Source: Eledone cirrhosa (Eukaryota). From it: a stretch of 64,000 nucleotides of DNA. Made by a program: the position numbers and the translations under genes. The DNA lies in contig CAXHJY010001648.1 of NCBI GenBank assembly GCA_964016885.1, positions 1 through 64,000 on the forward strand, given 5' to 3'. This document shows positions 31,670 through 46,654 of the stretch, piece by piece. The notes beneath the pieces were generated by a model, which saw only the letters and a list, made by a program, of their open reading frames with translations, had not been told where the DNA came from and did no database searches. The first letter of the stretch is position 1, and each line of letters opens with the position of its first letter.

Positions 31670-31985
31670 GGGAGGAATAATCGACCCCAGTACTAGACTG
31701 ATATTTCTTTATCGACCTTGAAAGGATGAAAGGCATTTGAACTAAGATAGCCGGAACGAATAATTTAAAGCATTCTATCTGACGTTCTAACCACTCTACC
31801 ATTCTATCTGACGTTCTAACCACTCTACCATTCTATCTGACGTTCTAATGACTCTACCATTCTATCTGACGTTCTAACCACTCTACCATTCTATCAGACG
31901 TTCTACACCACTCTACCATTCTATCTGATGTTCTAACCACTCTACCATTCTACCCGACGTTTTAAGTACTCTGCCAATTCGCCAC
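31670..31985 (+). mobile_element. SINE-like element whose 3' end is amplified as ~7 x 29-bp tandem units
   Basis: tcgaccccagtac..tttatcgaccttgaaaggatgaaaggc followed by (attctatctgacgttctaaccactctacc)n at 31772-31975. Confidence 0.7.
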
Positions 31986-32086
31986 CTTTATAAATCTCAA
32001 GTACTTTATTTAAAACATGTTATACACATGTTATTTGGTGTCCATTTTTCTCTAGCGAAAAGCATTTCTCTCAATTTAATTACATC

Positions 32087-32725
32087 TATGGTATGGTATG
32101 ACATGGTGTGATATGGTATGTATGGTATACTATTATACGGTATGGTGTGGTATGGCATGGTATGTTATGGTATGATATGGAGGGATATGGTATGGTATAA
32201 TATTATATGGTATGGTTTGGTATGGCATGGTATATTATGATATGATGTGGTATGGTATGGTATACTATTATATGGTATGGTATGGTGCTGTATGTTATGG
32301 TATGGCATGATGTGGTATGGCATGATATGGTATGATATGGTAAGGGTGGATATGGTTTGGTATGGTGTGGTATGATATGGTGTAGTATGGTATATTATGG
32401 TATGGTATGGTATGGTATGGTTTATTATGGTGTGGTGTGGTATGGTGTGGTATGGTATGGTGTTGCATGGTGTGGCATGGCATGGTATGGTGTGGTATGG
32501 TATGGTATAGTATGGTACGATATGGTATATTATGGTGTGGTGTGGTATGGTATGGTGTGGTATGGCATGGTATTGTGTGGTGTGGTATGGTGTGGTGTGG
32601 TATGGTGTGATACGGTATGATGTGGCATTTTATGGTGTGGTGTAATATGATAAGGTATGGTGTAGTATGGTATAGTATGGTATAGTATAGTATGGTATGG
32701 TGTGATATAGTATGGTATGGTGTGG
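32087..32725. repeat. (TATGG/TGTGG)n pentanucleotide satellite
   Basis: Direct inspection. Confidence 0.92.
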
Positions 32726-34114
32726 CCCCATAACTACTGATGAAATGATAGTGTGCATTATAGTGACATACAGCGTTTCTTGATCATTTCAAAAATTCTA
32801 GGGCCCAAACTTTTCCGGATCTAGATACAGCAGATTTCTTCCAGAAAAGTATAGAAATTGAGAGTGAAAGAGAGGGAGTAAGAAAGAGATATAGAAGAAG
32901 AATGGAACCCAGTATAAAGCTGGTTCTTTTTTTCGAGCCCGAATGGATGAAATGAAAAGGTGACCTTGGTAGACTTAATACCGCAAACCCTTCTATCCAG
33001 CGTTCAAACGAATCTAACAAATCGTCGCCTAATTCCAAATAATGTTTATTATATGAATTATATTTTACGAAAAGTTATATAATGAGGGAGATATGAAATA
33101 GAAAGATAAAAACAAAATTAAGTAATGAAAAGAGGGGTAAGGAATAAAGAAGGGCAGATCTGGTTGTATGAGAAGAGAGAGGAAATGACTATAACAATCT
33201 AAACTATAATAAAGTAAGAAGCGCGGGACTGCGTACGGTTTATAATTTGTTATCCCATTAGTAAAATAAGTTGGATTACTTTGAATAAATAATGAATGAA
33301 TATTGCATAATTTATCTACTAAATTTCCTGGCTGTTCATTAAATATATTTTATTATTTATTTAAAGATTCACTTCTATAACATTTTCAAATGTCAACACT
33401 TCCGGTGGCGATCGCTTAAATAAACATTAATTTTCTACACTAATTTTCTCTTAATGCAGTTTATATATAATATCATCTTGTATCATTGATTACGTTACTG
33501 ATTACATAAGACAGTGTAACGCAGTCTTCATTCAATTTCTGTGTATATTGCCAATTATGATTTTATTTGACGTATCATATCTACATGTATATATACTTGC
33601 GTATAATATCAATATACACACTACACATGCTAGTAGAAAACCACCAGAAGGGTGGTTTTTCTGCTAGTACATATAATAGAGAGTATCCATCCTTCTCAAG
33701 TATAAATATTTCTCTCTCTTGGTCTTTGTTTTCACCGTATAAAAATGTATGGGTATTGGATTTGTAACGTTCAATATTTCAAGTACTTCCTTAAAAATAT
33801 TATACACACTATCGAGTATCTAATCTTGTCTTAGTATGAAATATTTCTTTCTTCCAATTATAATTCTCAGCGTGTAACAATCCAGGGTGGGAGAAGTATT
33901 TGTAGCGAGTGTGGGTGTGTGGAAGAATTTATTTCCATAAAAATGTTGAAATGCTTTCACTCATCAGAGTTGTTCATTTGTCTATTTGTTCTTTTCCTGG
34001 TTTCACTCATTTTACTGAGACCATGCTGGAGCACAACTTTACTCCAATGAGAACTGTAAATATGTAATGGAGTGCTAACGACCCTAATTAGGAGATTGCT
34101 ATATTAATTAGTGA

Positions 34115-34390
34115 GGAGGCGCGTGTTCGAGTGGTAAGCGTATTGTACTTACGGTTATAATGTCGTGGTTTCGATTCCTGAAGTGTGTTATGTGTTGTGT
34201 TCTTGAACAAATCGCTTCACTTCGTTTTGCTCCAGATTACTTAACTGAAAATGAGTACTAGCAACAGCTGGGGATTTAACATTGCAATGGACTGGCCATG
34301 TGTTAGTCTTGTACTCTAAGTCACTTAACGCCACGGAACCCCAGATAAACGCAGGCTTGATGAGCCTCGGTGCTCAAGACAGACTTTAGA
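34115..34390 (+). mobile_element. Old tRNA-derived CORE-like SINE
   Basis: A box-like gtgttcgagtgg, B box-like gtttcgattcc, then gttcttgaacaaatcgcttcac..ttgctcc, similar to the 53409-53636 element. Confidence 0.55.
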
Positions 34391-34700
34391 TATTAAACAG
34401 TTGGTGCTTAGAGGCAATCGTATATCGATGAGTTGAGTGGAGTCCACAGAACTATCGATCTCTCGATTGCTTCTATAATATATTGTCAATATCCGTTCGG
34501 CCAGCCACGCTCTCTTTAATCGATTAGATCTCCTTGAAATGGAAAAAAATGGTGACTAAATGACTTTTTAGCACAATCGATATTTCAACCACGAAGCTTT
34601 CTAAAAATATCTAACTGCACAAGTGCACTGTCATTCGTTGTTTCTTTTATACATACATATATTCATACGAATTTGATATTAGAATTTAGTTTCATATTAT

Positions 34701-34702
34701 TG

Positions 34703-34743
<41 letters not shown>

Positions 34744-34762
34744 GTTGTTGTTATTGTTATTA
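34701..34762. repeat. (ATT)n/(GTT)n microsatellite
   Basis: Direct inspection. Confidence 0.9.
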
Positions 34763-35233
34763 TCGATGTTATTGTAAATGTCAGCTATAAAAACAAGTTT
34801 AAGCGTAAGAATTGAAAGAGACAAATATGTTAGTCTGGGTTTGGACAATATCTGGGGTTTTTTTAGAAAGAATTTTCAGATAATTGATAATCGTTGTGTG
34901 TTGCCCCGGCATGACCTTATCCGCTTCGCTTGAACACGTAATAGTGTGATAGAGTAATAGAGTACTGATTCTAGCATTTCTCAATGGTGAAGGAGCCCTT
35001 GGAAAAGATTGCTGTTCTTGTTCTTGTGTAGAGTTGTGGCGTTCATCCGTCACCCGATTTAATATCGCCAGGTCGTGGTACTTCTGTGACTTTAATGGAA
35101 TTCACTCTGATGTATGTGTATGTAGTGGCATTCATCCATCACTTAGTTTAACATCTTGGATCGTGGTACTGACAGGACTGTAGGGAAATTCTCTAATTTA
35201 GTTGACATTATGTGCTCCGTGGTCTTGGTTTAG

Positions 35234-38200
35234 CAAATACTATAACAGCAACAACAACAACAATAAAAACAACAGTTTCAACAGCAGCAGCAAGAATAAA
35301 TGCAACAACAGCAAAAGCAACAGCAACATCACTAGCAACATCAGCAGCAACAGCAACAACAGTAGCAACAACAAAACAACAGCAACAACAACAAGAGCAA
35401 CATCAGCAGCAACAACAACAGTAACAACAACGATAAGAACAGAAACAACAACAACAACAACAGTAAGAACAGCAGTGGCAGTAGCAACAAAGATGGCAAC
35501 ATCTACAGTAACAAAAACTATCACCACTACCACAACCACAACAACAGTAATAACAGCAGCGACAGTAGCAACAAACATGGCAACAACTACAGTAACAACA
35601 ACCACCACCACAACAACAACAACAACAACAGCAAGTACAGCAGCGGCAGTATCAACAAACATGGCAACATCTACAGTAACAACCACCACCACCACAACCA
35701 CAACAACAGTAATAACAGCAGCGACAGTAGCAACAAACATGGCAACAGCTACAGTAACAACAACCACCACCACCACAACAACAACAAAAGTAAGAACAGC
35801 AGCGACAGTAGCAACAAACATGGCAACATCTACAGTAACAACAACAACCACCACCACAACAACAACAGTAAGAACAGCAGCGACAGTAGCAACAAACATA
35901 GCAACAACTACAGTAACAACAACCACCACCACAACAACAACAACAACAACAGTAAGAACAGCAGCGACAGTAGCAACAAACATGGCAACATCTACAGTAA
36001 CAACAACAACCACCACCACAACAACAACAGTAAGAACAGCAGCGACAGTAGCAACAAACATGGCAACATCTACAGTAACAACAACCACCACAACAACAAC
36101 AACAACAGTAAGAACAGCAGCGACAGTAGCAACAAACATGGCAACAACTACAGTAACAACAACCACAACCACAACAACAACAACAACAACAGTAAGAACA
36201 GCAGCGACAGTAGCAACAAACATGGCAACATCTACAGTAACAGCAACAACCACCACCACAACAACAACAGTAAGTACAGCAGCGACAGTAGCAACAAACA
36301 TGGCAACATCTACAGTAACAACAACCACCACCACAACAACAACAACAACAGTAAGAACAGCAGCGACAGTAGCAACAAACATGGGAACAACTACAGTAAC
36401 AACAACCACCACCACAACAACAACAACAACAGTTAGAACAGCAGCGACAGTAGCAACAAACATGGCAACAACAACCACCACTACCACCACAACAACAACA
36501 ACAACAGTAAGAACAGCAGCGACAGTAGCAACAAACATGGCAACAACTACAGTAACAACAACAACCACCACAACAACAACAACAGTAAGAACAGCAGCGA
36601 CATTAGCAACAAACATGGGAACAACTACAGTAACAACAACCACCACCACAACAACAACAACAACAGTTAGAACAGCAGCGACAGTAGCAACAAACATGGC
36701 AACAACTACAGTAACAACAACCACCACCACCACAACAACAACAACAGTAAGAACAGCAGCGACAGTAGCAACAAACATGGCAACAACTACAGTAACAACA
36801 ACAACCACCACAACAACCACAACAGTAAGAACAGCAGCGACAGTAGCAACAAACATGGCAACAACTACAGTAACAACAACCACCACCACCACAACAACAA
36901 CAACAGTAAGAACAGCAGCGACATTAGCAACAAACATGGAAACAGCTACAGTAACAACAACAACCACCACCACCACAACAACAACAACAGTAAGAACAAC
37001 AGCGACAGTAGCAACAAACATAGCAACATCTACAGTAACAACAACCACCACCACAACAACAACAGTAAGAACAGCAGCGACAGTAGCAACAGACATGGCA
37101 ACAACTACAGTAACAACCACCACCACCACCACAACAACAACAACAGTAAGAACAGCAGCGACAGTAGCAACAAACATGACAACAACTACAGTAACATCAA
37201 CCACCACCACAACAACAACAACAACAGTAAGAACAGCAGCGACAGTAGCAACAAACATGCCAACAACTACAGTAACAAAAACCACCACCACAACAACAAC
37301 AACAGTAAGAACAGCAGCGACAGTAGCAACAAACATGACAACAACTACAGTAACAACAACCACCACCACAACAACAACAACAGTAAGAACAGCAGCGACA
37401 GTAGCAACAAACATGGCAACAACTACAGTAACAACAACCACCACCACCACAACAACAACAACAACAGTAAGAACAGCAGCGACAGTAGCAACATACATGG
37501 CAACAACTACAGTAACAACAACCACCACCACCACAACAACAACAGTAAGAACAGCAGCGACAGTAGCAAAAAACATGGCAACAACTACAGTAACAACAAC
37601 CACCACCACAACAACAACAACAGTAAGAACAGCAGCGACAGTAGCAACAAACATGACAACAACTACAGTAACAACCACCACCACCACCACAACAACAACA
37701 ACAGTAAGAACAGCAGCGACAGTAGCAACAAACATGGCAACAACTACAGTAACAACACCCAGCACCACAACAACAACAACAACAACAGTAAGAACAGCAG
37801 CGACAGTAGCAACAAACATGGCAACATCTACAGTAACAACAACAACCACCACCACAACAACAACAACAGTAAGAACAGCAGCGACAGTAGCAACAAAAAA
37901 CATGGCAACATCTACAGTAAAAACAACAACAACAACAGTAAGAACAGCAGCGACAGTAGCAACAAACATGGCAACAACTACAGTAACAACAACCACCACA
38001 ACAACAACAACAACAGTAAGAACAGCAGCGACAGTAGCAACAAACATGGCAACAACTACAGTAACAACAACAACTACCACCACAACAACAACAACAACAT
38101 TAAGAACAGCAGCGACAGTAACAACAAACATGGCACCAGCTACAGTAACAACAACCACCACCACCACAACAACAGTAAGAACAGCAGCGACAGTAGCAAC

Positions 38201-41200
38201 AAACATGGCAACAACTACAGTAACAACAACCACCACCACCACAACAACAGTAAGAACAGCAGCGACAGTAGCAATAAACATGGCAACAACTACAGTAACA
38301 ACAACCACCACCACCACAACAACAACAACAGTAAGAACAGCAGCGACAGTAGCAACAAACATGGCAACAACTACAGTAACAACAACCACCACCACAACAA
38401 CAACAGTAAGAACAGCAGCGACAGTAGCAACAAACATGGCAACAACTACAGTAACAACAACCACCACAACAACAACAACAACAGTAAGAACAGCAGCGAC
38501 AGTAGCAACAAACATGGCAACAACTACAGTAACAACAACAACCACCACCACCACCACAACAACAACAGTAAGAACAGCAGCGACAGTAGCAACAAACATG
38601 GCAACAGCTACAGTAACAACAACCACCACCACCACAACAACAGTAAGAACAGCAGCGACAGTAGCAAAAAACATGGCAACAACTACAGTAACAACAACCA
38701 CCACCACAACAACAGTAAGAACAGCAGCGACAGTAGCAACAAACATGACAACAACTACAGTAACAACAACCACCACCACCACAACAACAACAACAATAAG
38801 AACAGCAGCGACAGTAGCAACAAACATGGCAACAACTACAGTAACAACAACCACCACCACAACAACAACAGTAAGAACAGCAGCGACAGTAGCAACAAAC
38901 ATAGCAACAACTACAGTAACAACAACCACCACAACAACAATAACAACAGTAACAACAGCAGCGACAGTAGCAACAAACATGGCAACAACTACAGTAACAA
39001 CACCCACCACCACCACAACAACAACAGTAAGAACAGCAGTGACAGTAGCAACAAACATGGCAACAACTACAGTAACAACAACCACCACCACCACAACAAC
39101 AACAACAGTAAGAACAGCAGCGACAATAGCAACAAACATGGCAACAGCTACAGTAACAACAACCACCACCACCACAACAACAGTAAGAACAGCAGCGACA
39201 GTAGCAAAAAACATGGCAACAACTACAGTAACAACAACCACCACGACCACAACAACAGTAAGAACAGCAGCGACAGTAGCAACAAACATGGCAACAACTA
39301 CAGTAACACCAACCACCACCACCACAACAACAACAACAGTAAGAACAGCAGCGACAGTAGCAACAAACATGGCAACAACTACAGTAACAACAACCATCAC
39401 CACAACAACAACAGTAAGAACAGCAGCGACAGTAGCAACAAACATAGCAACAACTACAGTAACCACAGCCACCACAACAACAATAACAACAGTAACAACA
39501 GCAGCGACAGTAGCAACGAACATGGCAACATCTACAGTAACAACAACCACCACCAACACAACAACAACAACAACAGTAAGATAGGCAGCGACAGTAGCAA
39601 CAAACATGACAACATCTACAGTAACAACCACCACCTCCTCAACAACAACAACAACAGAAAGAACAGCAGCGACAGTAGCAACAAACATGGCAACATCTAC
39701 AGTAACAACAACCACAACCACAACAACAACAACAACAGTAAGAACAGCAGCGACAGTAGCAACAAACATGGCAACAACTACAGTAACAACAACCACCACC
39801 AAAACAACAACAGTAAGAACAGCAGCGACAGTAGCAACAAACAGGGCAACAACTACAGTAACAACAACCACCACCACAACAACAACAGTAAGAACAGCAG
39901 CGACAGTAGCAACAAACATGGCAACAACTACAGTAACAACACCCACCACCACCACAACAACAACAGTAAGAACAGCAGTGACGGTAGCAACAAACATGGC
40001 AACAACTACAGTAACAACAACCACCACCACCACAACAACAACAACAGTAATAACAGCAGCGACAGTAGCAACAAACATGGCAACAACTACAGTAACAACC
40101 ACCACCACAACAACAACAACAACAGTAAGAACAGCAGCGACAATAGCAACAAACATGGCAACAACTACAGTAACAACAACCACCACCACCACAACAACAA
40201 CAACAACAGTAAGAACAGCAGCGACAGTAGCAACAGACATGGCAACACCTACAGTAACAACCACCACAACAACAACAACAGTAAGAACAGCAGCGACAGT
40301 AGCAACAAACATGGCAACAACTACAGTAACAACCACCACAACAACAACAACAGTAAGAACAGCAGCGACAGTAGCAACAAACATGGAAACAACTACAGTA
40401 ACAACAACCACCACCACCACAACAACAACAACAGTAAGAACAGCAGCGACAGTAGCAACAAACATGGCAACAACTACAGTAACAACAACCACCACAACAA
40501 CAACAACAACAACAGTAAGAACAGCAGCGACATTAGCAACAAACATGGGAACAACTACAGTAACAACAACCACCACCACCACAACAACAACAGTAAGAAC
40601 AGCAGCGAGAGTAGCAACAAACATGGCAACAACTACAGTAACAACAACCACCACCACCACAACAACAACAACAGTAAGAACAGCAGCGACAGTAGCAACA
40701 AACATGGCAACAACTACAGTAACAACAACCACCACAACAACAACAAAAACAACAGTAAGAACAGCAGCGACAGTAGCAACAAACATGGCAACATCTACAG
40801 TAACAACAACAACCCCCACCACAACAACAACAGTAAGAACAGCAGCGACAGTAGCAACAAACATGGCAACAACTACAGTAACAACAACCACCACAACAAC
40901 AACAACAGTAAGAACAGCAGCGACAGTAGCAACAAATATGGCAACAACTACAGTAACAACAACCACCACCACAACAACAACAACAACAGTAAGAACAGCA
41001 GCGACAGTAGCAACAAACATGGCAACATCTACAGTAACAACCACCACCACAACAACAACAACAGTAAGAACAGCAGCGACAGTAGCAACAAACATGGCAA
41101 CAACTACAGTAACAACAACCACCATAACAACAACAACAACATCAACAGTAAGAACAGCAGCAACAGTAGCAACAAACATGGCAACATCTACAGTAACAAC

Positions 41201-43291
41201 AACCACCACCACAACAACAACAACAGTAAGAACAGCAGCGACAGTAGCAACAAACATAGCAACAACTACAGTAACAACAACCACCAACACAACAACAACA
41301 ACAGTAAGAACAGCAGCGACATTAGCCACAAACATGGCAACAACTACAGTAACAACAACCACCACCACAACAACAACAACAGTAAGAACAGCAGCGACAG
41401 TAGCAACAAACATAGCAACAACTACAGTAACAACAACCACCACCACCACAACAACAACAGTAAGAACAGCAGCGACATTAGCCACAAACATGGCAACAAC
41501 TACAGTAACAACAACCACCACCGCAACAACAACAACAGTAAGAACAGCAGCGACAGTAGCAACAAACATGACAACTACAGTAACAACAACCACCACAACA
41601 ACAACAACAACGGTAAGAACAGCAGCGACAGTAGCAACAAACATAGCAACAACTACAGTAACAACAACCACCACCACCACAACAACAACAGTAAGAACAG
41701 CAGCGACAGTAGCAACAAACATGGCAACAACTACAGTAACAACAACCACCACAACAACAACTACAACAGTAAGAACAGCAGCGACAGTAGCAACAGACAT
41801 AGCAACATCTACAGTAACAACAACCACCACCACCACAACAACAACAACAACAGTAATAACAGCAGCGACAGTAGCAACAAACATGGCAACAACTACAATA
41901 ACAACAACAAAACCACCACCACAACAACAACAACAGTAAGAACAGCAGCGACAGTAGCAACAAACATGGCAACAACTACAGTAACAACAACCACCACCAC
42001 TACAACAACAACAACAGTAAGAACAGCAGCGACAGTAGCAACAAATATGGCAACAACTACAGTAACAACAACCACCACCACTACAACAACAACAACAGTA
42101 AGAACAGCAGCGACAGTAGCAACAAATATGGCAACAACTACAGTAACAACAACCACCACCACAACAACAACAACAACAGTAAGAACAGCAGCGACAGTAG
42201 CAACAAATATGGCAACAACTACAGTAACAACAACCACCACCACTACAACAACAACAACAGTAAGAACAGCAGCGACAGTAGCAACAAACATGGCAACATC
42301 TACAGTAACAACAACCACCACCACTACAACAACAACAACAGTAAGAACAGCAGCGACAGTAGCAACAAACATGGCAACATCTACAGTAACAACAACCACC
42401 ACCACAACAACAACTACAACAGTAAGAACAGCAGCGACAGTAGCAACAAACATAGCAACATCTACAGTAACAACAACCACCACCACAACAACAACAACAA
42501 CAACAGTAAGAACAGCAGCGACAGTAGCAACAAACATGGCAACAACTACAGTAACAACAACCACCACCACAACAACAACAGTAACAACAGCAGCGACAGT
42601 AGCAACAAACATGGCAACAACTACAGTAACAACAACCACCACCACCACCACAACAACAACAACATTAAGAACAGCAGCGACAGTAGCAACAAACATAGCA
42701 ACATCTACAGTAACAACAACCACCACCACCACAACAACGACAACAGTAAGAACAGCAACGACACTAGCAACAAACATGGCAACATCTACAGTAACAACAA
42801 CCACCACCACTACAACAACAACAACAACAGTAAGAACAGCAGCGACAGTAGCAACAAACATGGCAACAACTACAGTAACAACAACCACCACCACAACAAC
42901 AACAGTAACAACAGCAGCGACAGTAGCAACAAACATGGCAACAACTACAGTAACAACAACCACCACCACCACCACAACAACAACAACAACAACATTAAGA
43001 ACAGCAGCGACAGTAGCAACAAACATAGCAACATCTACAGTAACAACAACCACCACCACCACAACAACGACAACAGTAAGAACAGCAACGACACTAGCAA
43101 CAAACATGGCAACATCTACAGTAACAACAACCACCACCACTACAACAACAACATCACCAACGATGACAGTAACAATCATCTGTTCAGATTATTTCCCATT
43201 TCCAAGGAAGTATGCAATAATATATGTAGTTCTTGTGGCCGCCATATTTATTATTAATTCATCTCTTCAACATTATTTTGACCGCCATTGA
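35234..43291 (+). CDS. Candidate giant Thr-rich mucin-like exon (TVRTAATVATNMATTTVTn repeats)
   Basis: Acceptor-like tcttggtttag/ at 35233. The Thr frame is open except for two -1 shifts in A runs (~35373, ~41910) and one TAG (39582). Many variants are synonymous in this frame. Hydrophobic C-terminal segment. Confidence 0.45.
35240..43170. repeat. ~8 kb tandem array of ~66-84-bp units, over 100 copies
   Basis: Unit acagtaagaacagcagcgacagtagcaacaaacatggcaacaactacagta(aca/acc)n. Unit length varies in steps of 3. Confidence 0.97.
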
Positions 43292-43484
43292 ATTCCATTG
43301 TTTTTTTCTCTCTCGCATCATTTTACAAACTGTTCAATCGTATTTACTAATTCCTACTGATTGCTTTCACGTCATCTTGATGTCTTCTTCCCCCAGGGAT
43401 CGAACTAACAAATGTGTTTCATTATTGCTGTTGTTGTTGTTTCACAGATCTTACAGCGAGGCTTGTAATGACTGTCTTGTATGT

Positions 43485-45392
43485 CTTCTCTGTGTGCGTG
43501 ACTATAGATGTGTGTGTGTCTGTGTTTGTGTGTGTCTGTGACTGTATGTGACTGTGTGTGTCTGTGTACGTGGGTATTTGTGTCTGTGTGTCTGTGTGTG
43601 GTTGTGTCTGTGTGTCTGTGTTTGTGTGTTGACTGTCACTGTATGTGACTGTGTGTATCTGTGTACGTGGCTGTTTGTGTCTGAGTGTGACTGTGTGTGG
43701 TTGCGTCTGTGTGTCTGTGGTTGTGTTTGTGTATATGTGTCTGTGTGTGTATGTGACTGTATGTGAATGTGTGTGGCTGTGACTATGTATGGCTGTGTAT
43801 GTGTGTGACTGTGTGTGGATGTGTATGTGTGTGTCTGTGTGTGACTGTGTGTGGCAGTGTGTGACTGTGTGTGGATGTGTCTGTGTGCGTCTGTGTGTGA
43901 CTATGTGTGACTGTGTCTGTGTGTGACTGTGTGTGGCTGTGTGTGGCTGTGACTGTTTATGACTGTGTATGGCTGTGAATGTGTGAATCTGTGTGACTGT
44001 GTGTGACTGTGTGTGGCAGTGTGTGTCTGTGTGTGGATGTGTCTGTGTGTGACTATGTGTGACTGTGTCTGTGTGTGACTGTGTGTGGCTGTGTGTGGCT
44101 GTGACTGTGTATGACTGTGTATGGATGTGACTGTGTGAATGTGTGTGACTGTGTATGTATGTGACTGTATGTGGCTGTGTCTTTGTGTGACTGTGTGTAG
44201 ATGTGACTGTGCGTGACAGTGTGTGGCTGTGTGTGACTGGGTGTGGCTGTGTCTGTGTGTGGTTGTGTGTGACTGTCTGTGTGTGACTGTGTGTTGCTGT
44301 GTCTGTTTGTGGCTGTGTGTGACTATGTGTGTGATTGTGTGTGGCTGTGTGTGGCTGTGACTGTGTGTGACTGTGTCTATGTGTGGCTGTGTGTGACTGT
44401 GTATGTGTGTCACTGTGTGTGATTGTGTTTGACTGTGCCTGTGTGTGACTGTGTGTGGCTGTGACTGTGTGTGACTGTGTGTGAATGTGTCTGTGAGTGA
44501 CTGTGTGTCACTGTGTGTGATTGTGTGTGACGGTGTGTGGCTATGTCTGTGTGTGACTGTGTGTGGCTGTGACTGTGTGTGAATGTGTGTGATTATGTAT
44601 GGCTGTGTCTGTGTGTGACTGTGTGTGATTATGTATGGCTGTGACTGTGTGTGATTGTGTGTGACTGCGTATGTGTGTGACTGTGTGTGGCTGTATATGT
44701 GTGGGGCTGTGTGTGACCGTGTGTGGCTGTGACTGTGTATGTATGTGTGTGGCTGTGACTGTGCGTCAATGTGTGTCACTGTGTGTGGCTGTGACTGTAT
44801 GTGACTGTGTGTCACTGTATGTCACTATGTCTGTGTGTGACTGTGTGTGGCTGTGACTGTGTGTGACTGTGTGTGACTGTGTGGGACTGCGTGTGGCGGT
44901 GACTGTGTGTGACTATGTGTTACTCTGTGTGGCGGTGACTGTGTGTGACTGTGTGTTACTCTGTGTGGCTGTGTCTGTGTGTGATTGTGTGTGACTGTGT
45001 TTGTGTGTGTATGTGACTGTGTTTGTGTGTGTACGTGGGTGTATGTGACTGTGTGTGTCTATGCATGTGGGTGTTTGTGAGTGGGTGTGTCTGTGTATGT
45101 GGGTGTTTGTGAGTGTGTGTGTGTGTGTACGTGGGTGTATGTGACTGTGCTTGTGTGTGTACGTGGGTTTATGTGACTGTGTGTGTCTATGTATGTGGGT
45201 GTATGTGACTGTGTGTGTCTATGCATGTGGGTGTTTGTGAGTGTGTGTGTCTGTGTAGGTGGGTGTTTGTGAGTGTGTGTGTCTGTGTACGTGGGTGTTT
45301 GTGAGTATGTGTGACTGTGTTAATGTGTGTGCATTTGTGTTTGTTTGTGAGCCTGTGTGTATTTGTGTTTGCGCGTGTGTTTTTATGCGTGT
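43485..45392. repeat. Degenerate (TG)n-derived satellite (TGTGAC/TGTGGC)
   Basis: Direct inspection. A (GA)n-rich tract follows at 45400-45555. Confidence 0.92.
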
Positions 45393-45805
45393 TTGAGGCC
45401 GAGAGAGTGCTAGAGGAAGAGAGAGGGTGAGAGAGAGAAAGAGAGATAGAAAGAGGAGTTGAGAGAGTTCGAGAGAAAGAGAAAGAAAGTGTGAGAGATA
45501 GAGAGAAGGCGAGAGAGAGGGTGCGATGAAGAGAGGAGAGGAGAAGAGAGAGAGTAATGAGGTTTTCGTTGTCTTTCATGTGTAACACTCAAAATGGCCG
45601 AATGTTGTTTCAGTTTTGCCTTATTGCATCTCACTATCTTATGGATTAAATTATATATGCATGTGTGTATACATCAATGTATAGATCTATCTATATATAT
45701 TTATATAAAAATGGTGGTATGTTGTTACAGTTTAGGCTTGTTGCATCTCTCTATCTTATAGACTGAATTATATATACATGTGAGTGTATACATCTATATA
45801 TCCAT

Positions 45806-46073
45806 CTTGAGCAAGACACTTTATTTCACGTTGCTCCTTCTACCTGGAGTTGCGACCAATAGATAGTATTAGCAATTGGAAAGACCAACGGAAACATTGT
45901 TCCCTCGGTCCGATTTGACGAAAGTCGATCGTTCCTATATATATATATATATATATATAGGATCGATCGACTTTCGTCAAATCGGACCGAGGGAACAATG
46001 TTTCCGTTGGTCTTTCCAATTGCTAATACTATATATTGGTCGCAACTCCAGGTAGAAGGAGCAACGTGAAATA
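45806..46073. mobile_element. Two SINE 3' halves tail-to-tail around one (TA)n
   Basis: 45806-45935(+) and 45959-46073(-), both matching the SINE at 53409-53636. Confidence 0.8.
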
Positions 46074-46654
46074 ATATATATATAAAGTTGTAATTCCTGT
46101 TTGTTTGTTTGTTCACGAACTCCTCCTATGGTTTTGGTGATAGACACCCCCCCCCCCCCCATAAGCATATATAATCTGAAACTACATTGCCCAGTGTACT
46201 TGGATAAGTATATTTCATTTTAATCACAGGGTTCCTCAGGGGCACAAACCCCCGCTGAAAATGTTTTCCCTTCGGTTTATATGAAATTTAAACCATAGGT
46301 AAATGACAAGATATGATGCCTATTCACAAAATTTCAGGAAATTTCAATAATATTAAGACATCCTAATGGGGTTTAAACCCCCTAGTGTGAAAATTTTGGA
46401 AGCCCATAACTTGAGTATTAGAACCTCTATTATCACGGGATTTTTCTATTAATTAAACGTAAATGAACCAAAAAAGCACCTCTCTTTTATAGTAAAATTT
46501 GACTAATTAACAAAAACGATTAGTTAATGCCTCTACTTTTTTAACATTTTCCCTTTATTTTTTCTCCATAAATTATATCACTGTTTTAAAAGCAATCATC
46601 ATTTTCTTACAAAAAAATGTGTGAAACGCAGCAGGGCGCGGGTAATTCGTCTAG
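46074..46654 (+). mobile_element. Non-autonomous Helitron-like element
   Basis: 5' tatatataaag..(gttt)n. 3' GC-rich cgcagcagggcgcggg..CTAG followed by t. Confidence 0.6.

Noticed and set aside
31772-31975. 29-bp repeats resembling a CRISPR array
   Set aside because: No spacers, eukaryotic context, derived from a SINE tail.
32737-32795. CTGATGA followed by a stem
   Set aside because: No correctly placed GAAA, stem III or stem I.
34799-35053. 84-aa minus-strand ORF near a diverged ~85-bp duplication
   Set aside because: No recognisable motif or clear splice signals.
35240-41884. 2214-aa Val-rich minus-strand ORF
   Set aside because: Antisense shadow of the Thr-codon array with implausible composition.
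35380-43150. Asn/Ser/His reading frame of the array
   Set aside because: Interrupted by TAG at the gtt variants (~36434, ~36668), which are silent in the Thr frame.
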